The notes: generated by a model from the letters alone, not told the origin. 33,163 bases of DNA from Candidatus Eiseniibacteriota bacterium (GCA_043809585.1 JBDROZ010000107.1:1-33163), one strand, 5' to 3'. Shown: positions 8,676-17,938, numbered from the stretch's first letter. Made by a program: numbers and translations.

Positions 8676-10493
8676 ATGAAGCGCTTTCTGATTCTCCTCG
8701 GAGTCTGCACATTGCTCGCGGCCATGGTCGTCTCGGCGGAGGCGCCCAAGACCATCAGTTACCAGGCGCTCCTCAGAGACACGGGCGGGGGTTTGCTCCC
8801 GGACGACGACTACGTGATCACTTTCCGGATCTACGACTACGCCGAGGAACCGGGCGGCGGCGCCCTCTGGACGGAGACCGATACGCTGGCGGTCGCGAAC
8901 GGCCTTCTCAACGCCATACTCGGGAAGGTCAATTCGATCGATCTCGATTTCGATGTTCCCTACTGGCTCGGTGTCGAAATCGAGGGGGGCGGGGAGCTCG
9001 CGCCGCGGATGGAGCTCTCGGGCGGTCCCTACGCATTCCGAGCCGCCGTCTCCGACTCGGCGGCCGGCGTCCTCTGGTCGAATATCCTGGAGATCCCGGC
9101 CGGATTCGCCGACGGCGTGGACGACGTGGGGGCCGGGTCAGGAGACGGCCACTCCCTCGACGCCGCCGACGGTGACCCGGTCGACGCGGTCTACGTGGAC
9201 GACGAAGGCAATGTGGGAATCGGGACGACGACGCCCGGCCAGAAGCTGGAAATCCGGGATGGCTCGATCACGATTGCCCAGCATTGGGACAACGTGCTCC
9301 GGACCCGGCAGGACGGCAAGTACTACCAGCTGATCGGAACCTATGGCGGCTTCAACCCGGACGTGGTCCATATCGCGGCGTACAACGCGACGAACCACGA
9401 ATCCCTGTCGACGGTCGGGGTCTGTATCGGCGGGTTTGAAGGGAACGGGATCTACGTCGACATCCCGAACGGTCGCACCGGAATCGGCACCTCCACGCCT
9501 TCGGCGAAGCTGGACGTGAACGGATCCATCAAGACCACGGGATTCCAGATGACCAGCTCTCCGGGAAACGGCTACGTCCTCATGTCCGACGCGGACGGCG
9601 CCGCCTCCTGGCAGCCGTCGCCGGGCGGGGTCGGGGGGGGCGGGAGTAGCGGGACCATTCCGATATGGACAGGCTCGACCACGTTGGGGAACTCGAGCAT
9701 CTTTACGGGATGGGGAAACTACGGCATCGGCACGGTATCCGACAGCACGAGCTTTACGGTCCGGGAGGTTTATATCGACGGCGATCCGTTCCCCCGCGCG
9801 GACCATCTCCTGATTCTCCAAGATCAGCGCATAGCGGCTCCCCCCTTCGGCTATCTCAAAGACATCTTTTCCGTCGGCCGGACCGGCGACTCGAAACTGG
9901 CCGGCCGCATGGAAATCGAAGGGGGCTCGTCGACGAGCCCGACCCTGAACCTGCTGCAGACCGCCTCGACTGGTACGGCGTTGAAGGCCCAGGGGGGGGC
10001 GGATGGGCTCGCCGCCCAATTCCTCGGAAACGTGGAAATCAAGAACCAGGCGGGGACCCAGCTGCTTCTCGAGTTCGGCGAGGGCCTCGACTACGCCGAG
10101 GGCTTCGACGTCTCCGGGAAGGACGTTGTCTCCTCCGGTTCGGTGCTGATCATCGACCCGGAAAGTCCGGGTGAACTCTGCGTCAGCCGCGAGCCGTACG
10201 ACAGGCGCGTGGCGGGGATCGCCGCCGGGGCCAATAACCTCGGCTCGGGCGTTCGCCTCGGCGCAGGCGGGCACGATCTCGACGTCGCCCTCGCGGGGCG
10301 CGTCTACTGCAACGTGGACGCCACGGAGTACGAGGTGCGGCCGGGCGATCTTCTTACGACATCGCCCCTCCCCGGTTACGCCATGAAGGTGACCGATCAC
10401 GATCGGGCGCCCGGCGCCGTCCTTGGAAAGGCGATGGAACCTCTCGCGAAGGGTGAGAAGGGACAGATCCTGGTTCTGGTCACTTTGCAGTAA
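8676..10493 (+). CDS. Secreted tail-fibre-like protein with a C-terminal peptidase G2 / intramolecular-chaperone-like domain
   Basis: Signal peptide; N-terminal domain ISYQALLRD...ITFRIYD...LWTET...NGLLNAILG; repeated G.(V/T/Y)GIGT fibre motifs; C-terminal DYAEGF...RVAGI...VALAGRVYC.VDA...PGDLLTTS.PG.AMK...GKAM. Confidence 0.7.
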   Translation: MKRFLILLGVCTLLAAMVVSAEAPKTISYQALLRDTGGGLLPDDDYVITFRIYDYAEEPGGGALWTETDTLAVANGLLNAILGKVNSIDLDFDVPYWLGVEIEGGGELAPRMELSGGPYAFRAAVSDSAAGVLWSNILEIPAGFADGVDDVGAGSGDGHSLDAADGDPVDAVYVDDEGNVGIGTTTPGQKLEIRDGSITIAQHWDNVLRTRQDGKYYQLIGTYGGFNPDVVHIAAYNATNHESLSTVGVCIGGFEGNGIYVDIPNGRTGIGTSTPSAKLDVNGSIKTTGFQMTSSPGNGYVLMSDADGAASWQPSPGGVGGGGSSGTIPIWTGSTTLGNSSIFTGWGNYGIGTVSDSTSFTVREVYIDGDPFPRADHLLILQDQRIAAPPFGYLKDIFSVGRTGDSKLAGRMEIEGGSSTSPTLNLLQTASTGTALKAQGGADGLAAQFLGNVEIKNQAGTQLLLEFGEGLDYAEGFDVSGKDVVSSGSVLIIDPESPGELCVSREPYDRRVAGIAAGANNLGSGVRLGAGGHDLDVALAGRVYCNVDATEYEVRPGDLLTTSPLPGYAMKVTDHDRAPGAVLGKAMEPLAKGEKGQILVLVTLQ

Positions 10494-10504
10494 GGGGGGG
10501 GAAG

Positions 10505-12535
10505 ATGACGACCTGTCGAGTCCCGACTCCGCTGAAGTTCCTTCTCCTTCTCCTGATCTTGGTCCCATCGGGTCACACGATGGCGCAGCAGACGGACCCC
10601 TGTGAGAACGAGGTCGTGAAGGACACCGTCTTCGCAATCTACCCCGGGTCGCTGGCGGAACCCAAGGACCGAAGCTACCAGTTCGAAGCGGAGTCCCGGC
10701 ATTCCTACATCTATCGAGAAAGCTTCGAAAGGGAGGGCGCCGTTCGGGGGCTCTCTCCGGCAACCGGTGCGGCGTGGTCGGCTATGGCGGGAAGCGCCCG
10801 GGACGGAGATCGGTATCTCTCATTCACGGCGGGACCCGAAGACATTCGAACGGATCCGGCGAACTGGCTCCTGTTCGGTCCTTTCGACCTGAGCCGGGCG
10901 GACGAGGCACATTTCAATCTCTACTTCCGCTTCGGTGAAACCGAGGCGCCCTCGGCCGGCGGGATCGCCGTCCTGGCTTCGAAGGACGGGATGCATTTCC
11001 ACGGGAACGGCTACTCCGGAACGACCTGTAAATGGTCCTACCGCAACTTCGAGCTGGCCGAGGTGCCCGAGCTCGGCGATGTGTGCGGCTCGAAGGCACT
11101 GTGGATCGCGCTCCTGCCGATTCCCGGCACTGCGGGATCGAAGGGACCTGTCCAGATCGATTTCATTCGGCTACTCGTTCGTTCGACCGATCACCCCGAC
11201 CGGACGCCCCAATCCACCTCGAAATCGGAGCGAACGGGAACTGCCTACCGGGAGCTTCTCGAATACTATTCCCCCTATGTCGTGCAGGAACTGACATGCA
11301 CTATGTATGGGGACAAGATCACCCGTTACGACTACGACGGCGACCTGGGGGCGGACAACAACTGGGACAACTTGGGAAATAACTGCGGGCCCTACTGCGA
11401 CATTGTGTTTGGCGGTGATTGCGAGCAGGCACGCCCGCTGCCCGCCTATGTGTACGCTTCCTTAACCGAGACGGATACGGACTATTATCTTCAGTACGCT
11501 CTCTTTCATCCGGCGGATGATTTTCACTGCAACATCGCCAATCACGAGAACGATCTGGAGGGCATGGTCGTGATGGTGATGAAGGACGGAACGAACTTCG
11601 GCGAGCTTCGCATGGTACAGCTCCAGTGGCACAACTGGTTCTACCAGTATGCGCCTCCTGGCAAATCGGGAGAGGGTCGATGGAAGGCGCTGGACACGCG
11701 CGAGGACGTGGATGGAGAGATCGAACTCTGGGGTTCCCATCCCGTGGTCTATGTCGAGCCGGGCGGCCACGGCCTTCTTCACGAGCATGCCGAGAATCCT
11801 CTATCTACTTACATTCACTACCGATACGGCGATATGGCCGAAGATCCTCAGGCATCTAAGTACGTCAGTTGGGCTTCTCCGAACCTTGTGTCCGACGGCG
11901 ATCGAGCGAGCTACGATCTCATTCTCACTCGATGCCAGCTCTGGCAGCGTCGCGACTTCGTTTGCGGCTCCGGCTGCATGTTCAGCGAGTATGGAGACGT
12001 CGATATCGAGCGATTCTACATACCCAATGTCGGCACCGAGTTCGATCAGGACTCGGATGGGATTTCCTGCGACGGCGGCGGTGCGGCGAATCCGCCCTGG
12101 TGGTGGGTCAGCAGCAGCGACGAGGGAGAAGGCCGTTCCCGAGGGGAGTGGTTCCTCGATCCTGCCTTCTATCACGATTGGCAGTTCACCTGGTCTCCGC
12201 CGATCAGCACGAATTACGTGTACAACCCGTTCTTGTTCAACCAGATCTGCGGAGAGGTCTACGACATATTAGCCGATATCGATACTCCCTACCATGACTG
12301 GCACGAGCTGCATTGTGATTCCGAAGTGCCGTCGAACAACAGCCTCTACGTAGGGCCGGGGGTGAACATTAGATTCACATCGACCGGACAGCGGCTGACC
12401 GCCCACGGTCCGCTTCACGTGAACGGCACGGGCGCAGCCGTCATTCTGGCGAGCGACGCGACTCTTTCCGAAGGCGTCCGAATCGTCGGGGAAATGGTGG
12501 CCAGGAACGGAGGGACCATCCGATTGATTCCCTGA
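10505..12535 (+). CDS. Secreted multidomain protein: N-terminal beta-sandwich, central NPP1/Vps62-like domain, shared C-terminal tail domain
   Basis: Signal peptide. Central motifs YSPYVVQ, YDYDGD..DNNWDN, YLQYALFHPADD, HENDLEG and HPVVYVEPGGHG resemble the NPP1-like H..D.E core. The family assignment is tentative. Confidence 0.6.
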   Translation: MTTCRVPTPLKFLLLLLILVPSGHTMAQQTDPCENEVVKDTVFAIYPGSLAEPKDRSYQFEAESRHSYIYRESFEREGAVRGLSPATGAAWSAMAGSARDGDRYLSFTAGPEDIRTDPANWLLFGPFDLSRADEAHFNLYFRFGETEAPSAGGIAVLASKDGMHFHGNGYSGTTCKWSYRNFELAEVPELGDVCGSKALWIALLPIPGTAGSKGPVQIDFIRLLVRSTDHPDRTPQSTSKSERTGTAYRELLEYYSPYVVQELTCTMYGDKITRYDYDGDLGADNNWDNLGNNCGPYCDIVFGGDCEQARPLPAYVYASLTETDTDYYLQYALFHPADDFHCNIANHENDLEGMVVMVMKDGTNFGELRMVQLQWHNWFYQYAPPGKSGEGRWKALDTREDVDGEIELWGSHPVVYVEPGGHGLLHEHAENPLSTYIHYRYGDMAEDPQASKYVSWASPNLVSDGDRASYDLILTRCQLWQRRDFVCGSGCMFSEYGDVDIERFYIPNVGTEFDQDSDGISCDGGGAANPPWWWVSSSDEGEGRSRGEWFLDPAFYHDWQFTWSPPISTNYVYNPFLFNQICGEVYDILADIDTPYHDWHELHCDSEVPSNNSLYVGPGVNIRFTSTGQRLTAHGPLHVNGTGAAVILASDATLSEGVRIVGEMVARNGGTIRLIP

Positions 12536-12561
12536 CGAAGAGCAGAAGATATCAGAAGGGA

Positions 12562-14103
12562 GTGACGCATTCGATGATAATGAGACTGAAAACAGGCAGG
12601 GGACGAGGCATACCGATCTCATGTGTATGGATCGCGGCGTGTCTCTTGATCGGCGTGTGTCCACGTGTCGAGGGCCAAATCGTTTCTACGACGGACGCCC
12701 GGAAGGTCGCGCAGGCGTGGATCGACATCACCATCGACCGAGAGAAGACGTGGAACCACAGCGCCGGCGCCGAGGCTCTCGAGGCTGTCGAGTTCGCCCG
12801 CGGCGACCGCCTTCTCGGGTACTTCGTCCCCGTACGTCCGTCCGGATACGTCGTCGTCTCCCTTCGGAAGGAGCTGGCGCCGATCAAGGCGTATTCGGAG
12901 ACCGATTGCCTGGATCCGACCTGGGACCAGGGCATGGCGGACATCCTGAAGAGCAGGATGGAGGGAGTCCTGGACGCTATCGAGAATCAACTGGGGCCGA
13001 TCGGTTCGGTCCGATCCGAGAACCTCGCGGCGATTCTGGACATCGACTATCGGGTGTCCTGGTCCGAGATCCTGGAAAGCTCACCGAACGCCAAAGACTA
13101 TTCGAGCGGTGAAGTGATGCTCACGACTTCATGGTACCAGGGAGAGCCCTATGATACCCGATGTCCGGACCTTGGATGTAATCCCTCGAATTGTCTCGCC
13201 ACTACGAACGCCCCTGTGGGGTGCGGAGCAACGGCAACCTCGCAAATTATGAAGTACTGGTGCTGGCCTCCGACCGAATTCAGCGGTTTCGACTGGCCTA
13301 ACATGCCCGATGACTTCACCGGTTGTGCATGGCCGCAAGCTGAAATCGATGCTGTGTCTGATCTCTGCTCCGATGTGGGCGTCGCGATCCTGAGCGTTTA
13401 CGGATGCGCAGGTACCTCCTCGAACATGCTCGATATTCGGGACGCCTACAAAAGCGGCCAATTCACGTACAGCCCGTTGTGCGAGGTCGAATATCGTGTA
13501 CAGCACTCCGCTCAGGAATGGTGGGACCGGATCGTTTCAGAACTCGATAACAACCGGCCGATTCAGTACGGAATCGAAGATCACTCCATTGTTCTGGACG
13601 GCTGGCAGGAGGTCGGGGGGATTCCGATCCGCCAATACCATATGAATTACGGTTGGGACGGATGGGTTCCTGATGCCAGCGTTCCCTGGTATTGCCCAGA
13701 TTGGGCCGCCTTCGGGAACAGCAACACCTGGTACACACTGGATCAGCTTCCATGCAGCGATCCGGACAATCAGTTCATGTGCGCCGGTATCGTTCCCGCT
13801 GTCTCTATTTTCCCCGAGCTGAACGGTGACTACCTCGCCGGTTCGCTCAACTATCGCTACTTCGCCTACGACTCGTACGGGCAGAACGCCGTCTTCTACG
13901 GAGGGCAGAACTTACAGTTCCTGCCCGAGACGAAGGTCACGTGCACGGGGTACGGGAACGACCGGATCCGATTCGTGGGGTCCGACGTGAGTCCTCCGGA
14001 TCACTATCTCTATCTCTTCTCGCACGGGGACCTTTCCCGGGGGATGCGCTTCTACGATGGGGCGATGAACGTTTACGGGGGCGGGACGATGCGGGTGCAC
14101 TGA
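12562..14103 (+). CDS. C10 family (streptopain/SpeB-like) cysteine peptidase with propeptide, copy 1
   Basis: Signal peptide, propeptide GYVVVS...PIKAYSE, oxyanion WYQGEPY, catalytic VGCGATATSQIMKYW and HSIVLDGW...YHMNYGW. The start codon is uncertain. Confidence 0.88.
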   Translation: MTHSMIMRLKTGRGRGIPISCVWIAACLLIGVCPRVEGQIVSTTDARKVAQAWIDITIDREKTWNHSAGAEALEAVEFARGDRLLGYFVPVRPSGYVVVSLRKELAPIKAYSETDCLDPTWDQGMADILKSRMEGVLDAIENQLGPIGSVRSENLAAILDIDYRVSWSEILESSPNAKDYSSGEVMLTTSWYQGEPYDTRCPDLGCNPSNCLATTNAPVGCGATATSQIMKYWCWPPTEFSGFDWPNMPDDFTGCAWPQAEIDAVSDLCSDVGVAILSVYGCAGTSSNMLDIRDAYKSGQFTYSPLCEVEYRVQHSAQEWWDRIVSELDNNRPIQYGIEDHSIVLDGWQEVGGIPIRQYHMNYGWDGWVPDASVPWYCPDWAAFGNSNTWYTLDQLPCSDPDNQFMCAGIVPAVSIFPELNGDYLAGSLNYRYFAYDSYGQNAVFYGGQNLQFLPETKVTCTGYGNDRIRFVGSDVSPPDHYLYLFSHGDLSRGMRFYDGAMNVYGGGTMRVH

Positions 14104-14127
14104 CCCCGAAGAAAGAGAGAGGGGCCG

Positions 14128-15630
14128 ATGAGGCAGAAGCGAGATCGAGGCGGGGCTCCCGGGGCCCGTCCGGCCATGGGGTTCGTCCTCCTGATCATCG
14201 CGGTTCTCGTGGGGGGGGCCGCCGCCGACCAGGTGACGTTCCGTGACGCCCGGATCGCGGCGGAGTACTGGATACGCCACACCGAGGAGAAAGACGGGAG
14301 CTGGGGGGGGGCGCACGGGGCGTCCGTCGACGCCCTTCGTGAGATCCGAGAGATGGACCGCGTCCTGGGCTACGTCGCGACGGTGGAACCGCGTGGGTAT
14401 ATCGTAATCTCGTCCCTGAAGGAGCTCGCGCCGGTCAAGGCCTTCTCCGTTTCATCGTCGATCGACATCGACGGGGATCTCGGGATGGCGCCGGTGATCC
14501 GGTCGTCGCTCAGTCGTACATTGGCAGGCGTCGAAGCGCGGTTCGGGCCCTTGGAGGATCTCGCCGCCGTCGATCTAGGCCGGGTCGTCGAGCGGGACCA
14601 TCGGTGTGATTGGGATCGGATCCTACGCGGTGAGAAGATCGACTACTCGACGGGGCAAATTCTCCTCCGGTCCAATTGGCACCAGGACCCTCCGTACAAC
14701 GAGGCGTGCCCGGACATGGGCTGCTATCCACCCTACAATGGACGGGCCGTCGTGGGTTGCGTCGGTACGGCGGCTTCGCAGATCATGTTCTACTACTGCT
14801 GGCCTCCCTACGGGCATGGAGACGTGTGCGGCGACGCCTACGACTGGGTAAGCATGAGGGACACGGTGAGCGGCGCCTCGGAGGAGCCGATCCGGGCGGC
14901 GACGGCCGAGCTCTGCTACGAGGCGGGAAAGGCGGCGGACACCGAGTATGGCTGCAACACCTCGTCGGCGTGGTTGGGTGAAGCCGCCGGATCCGACATG
15001 ACCGACGCGTACATCAACAACTTCAGGTACAACTCCGAGACGGACTTCGAGACGCGGTGGCATTGGTCGACCGAAGGGTGGTACGACATGATCAAGACCA
15101 ATCTGGACGCGAACCGGCCCCTCCAGTACGGATATCTCGGAGAACGGGACGGAGGTATCGCGGCCCACTCCATGGTCTGTGATGGGTGGTACGAAGCGGG
15201 GCAGTCCCGCATGGTCCATATGAACTACGGATGGGGAGACAGCTACAACGACTGGTACGAGATCGACGACCTCCACAACGTGGGTTGGGACGAGTGGGAG
15301 GGTCTCATTCGGAAGATCAAGCCGAACGTCTCCGAAGGCTCGTGGATCGAGGCGGGTTCCCATGATCCTTCCGCATCGGAGTTTCCGCCCTACGTCTACT
15401 TCGAACAGGACGCTTACGGGGACGACGCGGTTTACGAAGCGGGATACCTCGCCCAGTTCCTTCCGGGAAGGACCGTGTCCTGCGTCAGTACGACGGGAGG
15501 GACCATCGATTTCCTCGGTTCCTCCGCGTCGGCCACGCTACTCTTCAGCCGGGGCGATCTCTCGAAGGGAATCCGCATTCGGGGTGGGGCGCTGCGCGTC
15601 CACCCGAACGGATTCATGAAGGTCCACTAG
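14128..15630 (+). CDS. C10 family cysteine peptidase with propeptide, copy 2
   Basis: Motifs GYIVISS...PVKAFS, WHQDPPYN, VGCVGTAASQIM and AHSMVCDGW...VHMNYGW. The stop codon TAG coincides with the MITE end. Confidence 0.88.
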   Translation: MRQKRDRGGAPGARPAMGFVLLIIAVLVGGAAADQVTFRDARIAAEYWIRHTEEKDGSWGGAHGASVDALREIREMDRVLGYVATVEPRGYIVISSLKELAPVKAFSVSSSIDIDGDLGMAPVIRSSLSRTLAGVEARFGPLEDLAAVDLGRVVERDHRCDWDRILRGEKIDYSTGQILLRSNWHQDPPYNEACPDMGCYPPYNGRAVVGCVGTAASQIMFYYCWPPYGHGDVCGDAYDWVSMRDTVSGASEEPIRAATAELCYEAGKAADTEYGCNTSSAWLGEAAGSDMTDAYINNFRYNSETDFETRWHWSTEGWYDMIKTNLDANRPLQYGYLGERDGGIAAHSMVCDGWYEAGQSRMVHMNYGWGDSYNDWYEIDDLHNVGWDEWEGLIRKIKPNVSEGSWIEAGSHDPSASEFPPYVYFEQDAYGDDAVYEAGYLAQFLPGRTVSCVSTTGGTIDFLGSSASATLLFSRGDLSKGIRIRGGALRVHPNGFMKVH

Positions 15631-15809
15631 CCTGGATCATGCACAAATCTCCTACTGCGATCTCGGATCGCCGCCTGCGAAGCCTCCTTTCCTTCGCCGC
15701 CTCCTCGACGTAGTGCATGACTACGCCTCCGGTGGCGGCTCGTCCAAGTCAGCTTCTCGTCAGGCGATCCGAGCCCTCGTAACGGAGATTCATGCATAAT
15801 CCAGGCTAG
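15627..15809. mobile_element. MITE-like element, 183 bp, bounded by CTAG with ~26-bp terminal inverted repeats
   Basis: Left end CTAGCCTGGATCATGCACAAATCTCC versus reverse complement of right end CTAGCCTGGATTATGCATGAATCTCC (23/26). Inner CTCGGATCGCC inverted repeat and central CGTAGT/ACTACG hairpin. A second copy lies at 1-64. Confidence 0.8.
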
Positions 15810-15905
15810 CGGCGATCCGTCGATCGGCTGCGATTCGTAAAGGGCGCTCCCGGTATCGACCGGAACGACCCCTCGGTCTTTCTTCGTCCCCTCGGTCTGC
15901 CCCCT

Positions 15906-17813
15906 CTATCCCCCGAACACCACGACGGACAGGATCATGATCACGATGCCCATGAGAGCGCCGCCGGCGATGACGCCGGCACAGATCGTCTCCTGGTTGC
16001 CGACGATGTTGACCCCCATCCACGACCTCGGGTCGGAGTACTTCTTCGAGAGGACCCAGAAGATGAAGGCGCCGAGGAACATGGCCCAGGCGTCGCTGAA
16101 GCGGAGCACGAAGGCGAGGCCGACGCCGACGCCCGAGAGGGGCCACTTGTTCTTCGTCTTGATCTTGAGGACCTCGAAGAGGATGCCGAGGCAGGCGCCG
16201 ATCACGATCGCGAGGAAGGCCGTCGGATGGAGGAACGAGAATCCCTGCGTGAGCACCCGGGCCACGGCGGTCCAGATCATCGCCGCGATCATCGGCAGCT
16301 TCTCCGTGCCGAAAACCTCGATGTTCCCCCGGAAGAGGGCGAAGTAGAAAACCGGTGTGCAGGCGAATCCGCCGGCGATGATCCCGAGCACGTGGCCCAT
16401 CGCCTGGAGCCGCGGCTTCCCGCCGAGCATGTACCCCGGCTTGATGTTCATGAGCAGGTTCGACGCGTTCGAGGCGACCTCCGCCGTGATCCCCGCGGTC
16501 ATGAGATTGGTCGAGATGTTCCCCGGCGCGAGGCCCGCGTAGGTGAGCTGGGTCAACTTGCCGAGGGCGCCGGTCGGCGTGATCGCCGTCAGGCCCGTCG
16601 AGTTCGCCGCGATCAGGGTGAAGACGAAAACCAGCGGGATCGCGATGATGCCGAGCCACCAGCTGATGTCGAAGAACGCCATTCCCATGACCACCACTAC
16701 GGCGCCGACGATCGGGATGCCGATGGCGAAGACGTTCATGGGGAGTTCGATCCCCTTCATGATGTCCTCTTCGGCGCTCGACGGGAGCTTCTTACCGCCG
16801 ATGCCCCGGAAGGCGGAGAGGAGCATTTGGGGCTTGGAGAAGAAGGAGAAGAGCGACGCCGTGGTCATCATGGCGACGCCCCCCCAGAGGGACCACATGG
16901 TGATCCCCCGGAAGCCGGTCTCCGTGATGATCCCCTTCTGGATCAGCACCGGCGCGAGGATGAAGTAGTTCAGCACCGCGCCGACGAGGAGCGACACGCC
17001 GGTCCGGATCCCCATGAGGCCGCCGGCGCCGATCATCACGATCTCCGTGTCGAAGCGGATCGTCAGGTCCCGGAGCGGCGTCCCCAGAATCGCCGGCGTC
17101 GTCACCCGGTAGAGCCAGTCTTCCCAGTGCTGCCAGTACATGTTCATCCACTCGCCGAACCGCCGGAGCCCCATGGCGATCCAGAGGTTTCCCTCCCGGA
17201 CGAAGTTGATCGCGCCCGAGAGGGCGGCGAAGATGACGAGGAGCTTCTCCTGGGGAACGCCGGCCGGCTGCTCGTGGGGGTTGTGGAGCGTGTCGAGTAC
17301 CACGCCCGCCGCGCGCCCTTCGGGGAATGGAAACTGCTCGTCGTTGATGAACCTACGTTTCAACGGAAACGCGAAGAGCACGCCGAGGAATCCCACCACG
17401 ATGATCCACCAGAGGGCGTGCCACATGGGAACGATCTTGCCGGTCACGATCATGTAGGCGGGGATGCTCGCGATAAGGGGGGCCGTCATGTACCCCGCGG
17501 CGCACGCGATCGACTGCATGACGTTGTTCTCGAGAATGGTGAACTCGTCGCCGAGGCCGACCCGGCAGAGGACCTTGAAGATGGCGAAGGCGAGGATCAC
17601 CGACGTGATGCCGACGCCGAGGGTCCAGCCGGTCCGGACGCCGACGTACAGGTTGGTCAGCGAGAGGATCCCTCCGAGGAGCATTCCCGAGATGACGGCC
17701 CGCGCCGTGAACTGGGGCATGTCCCCCTTGAAGACGTTCTTCAGCCACCATTCGTCCTTCTCTTTCAAAGACCAGGTGCGGACTTGCTCTTCCGTCAGGT
17801 GCTTGATCGCCAT
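15906..17813 (-). CDS. OPT/YSL family transporter, copy 2 (close paralog of 5686-7590)
   Basis: Same motifs as copy 1, with long identical runs such as LIQKGIITETGFRGITMWSLWGGVAMMTTASLFSFFSKPQML. Start set at MAIKHL by alignment to copy 1. Confidence 0.9.
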   Translation of the reverse strand: MAIKHLTEEQVRTWSLKEKDEWWLKNVFKGDMPQFTARAVISGMLLGGILSLTNLYVGVRTGWTLGVGITSVILAFAIFKVLCRVGLGDEFTILENNVMQSIACAAGYMTAPLIASIPAYMIVTGKIVPMWHALWWIIVVGFLGVLFAFPLKRRFINDEQFPFPEGRAAGVVLDTLHNPHEQPAGVPQEKLLVIFAALSGAINFVREGNLWIAMGLRRFGEWMNMYWQHWEDWLYRVTTPAILGTPLRDLTIRFDTEIVMIGAGGLMGIRTGVSLLVGAVLNYFILAPVLIQKGIITETGFRGITMWSLWGGVAMMTTASLFSFFSKPQMLLSAFRGIGGKKLPSSAEEDIMKGIELPMNVFAIGIPIVGAVVVVMGMAFFDISWWLGIIAIPLVFVFTLIAANSTGLTAITPTGALGKLTQLTYAGLAPGNISTNLMTAGITAEVASNASNLLMNIKPGYMLGGKPRLQAMGHVLGIIAGGFACTPVFYFALFRGNIEVFGTEKLPMIAAMIWTAVARVLTQGFSFLHPTAFLAIVIGACLGILFEVLKIKTKNKWPLSGVGVGLAFVLRFSDAWAMFLGAFIFWVLSKKYSDPRSWMGVNIVGNQETICAGVIAGGALMGIVIMILSVVVFGG

Positions 17814-17909
17814 GAAATCCCCCGGGTTGTTGGTCATGTCTGGGGTCGTCACGGGCCGGCGGGTCTCGCGGCGGGTAGGGCCGGTCCGTTCCGGTGGGTC
17901 GACGGACCG

Positions 17910-17938
17910 ATTCTACCGGGGGGAGGGGGCGGGGACAA
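17910..17938 (-). promoter_or_regulatory. Putative sigma70 promoter of OPT copy 2
   Basis: Minus-strand TTGTCC-N17-TAGAAT, about 100 nt upstream of the start. Confidence 0.55.

Noticed and set aside
8676-10493. Prophage remnant suggested by the tail-fibre-like gene
   Set aside because: The protein has a Sec signal peptide and no capsid, terminase, tail or integrase genes are nearby.
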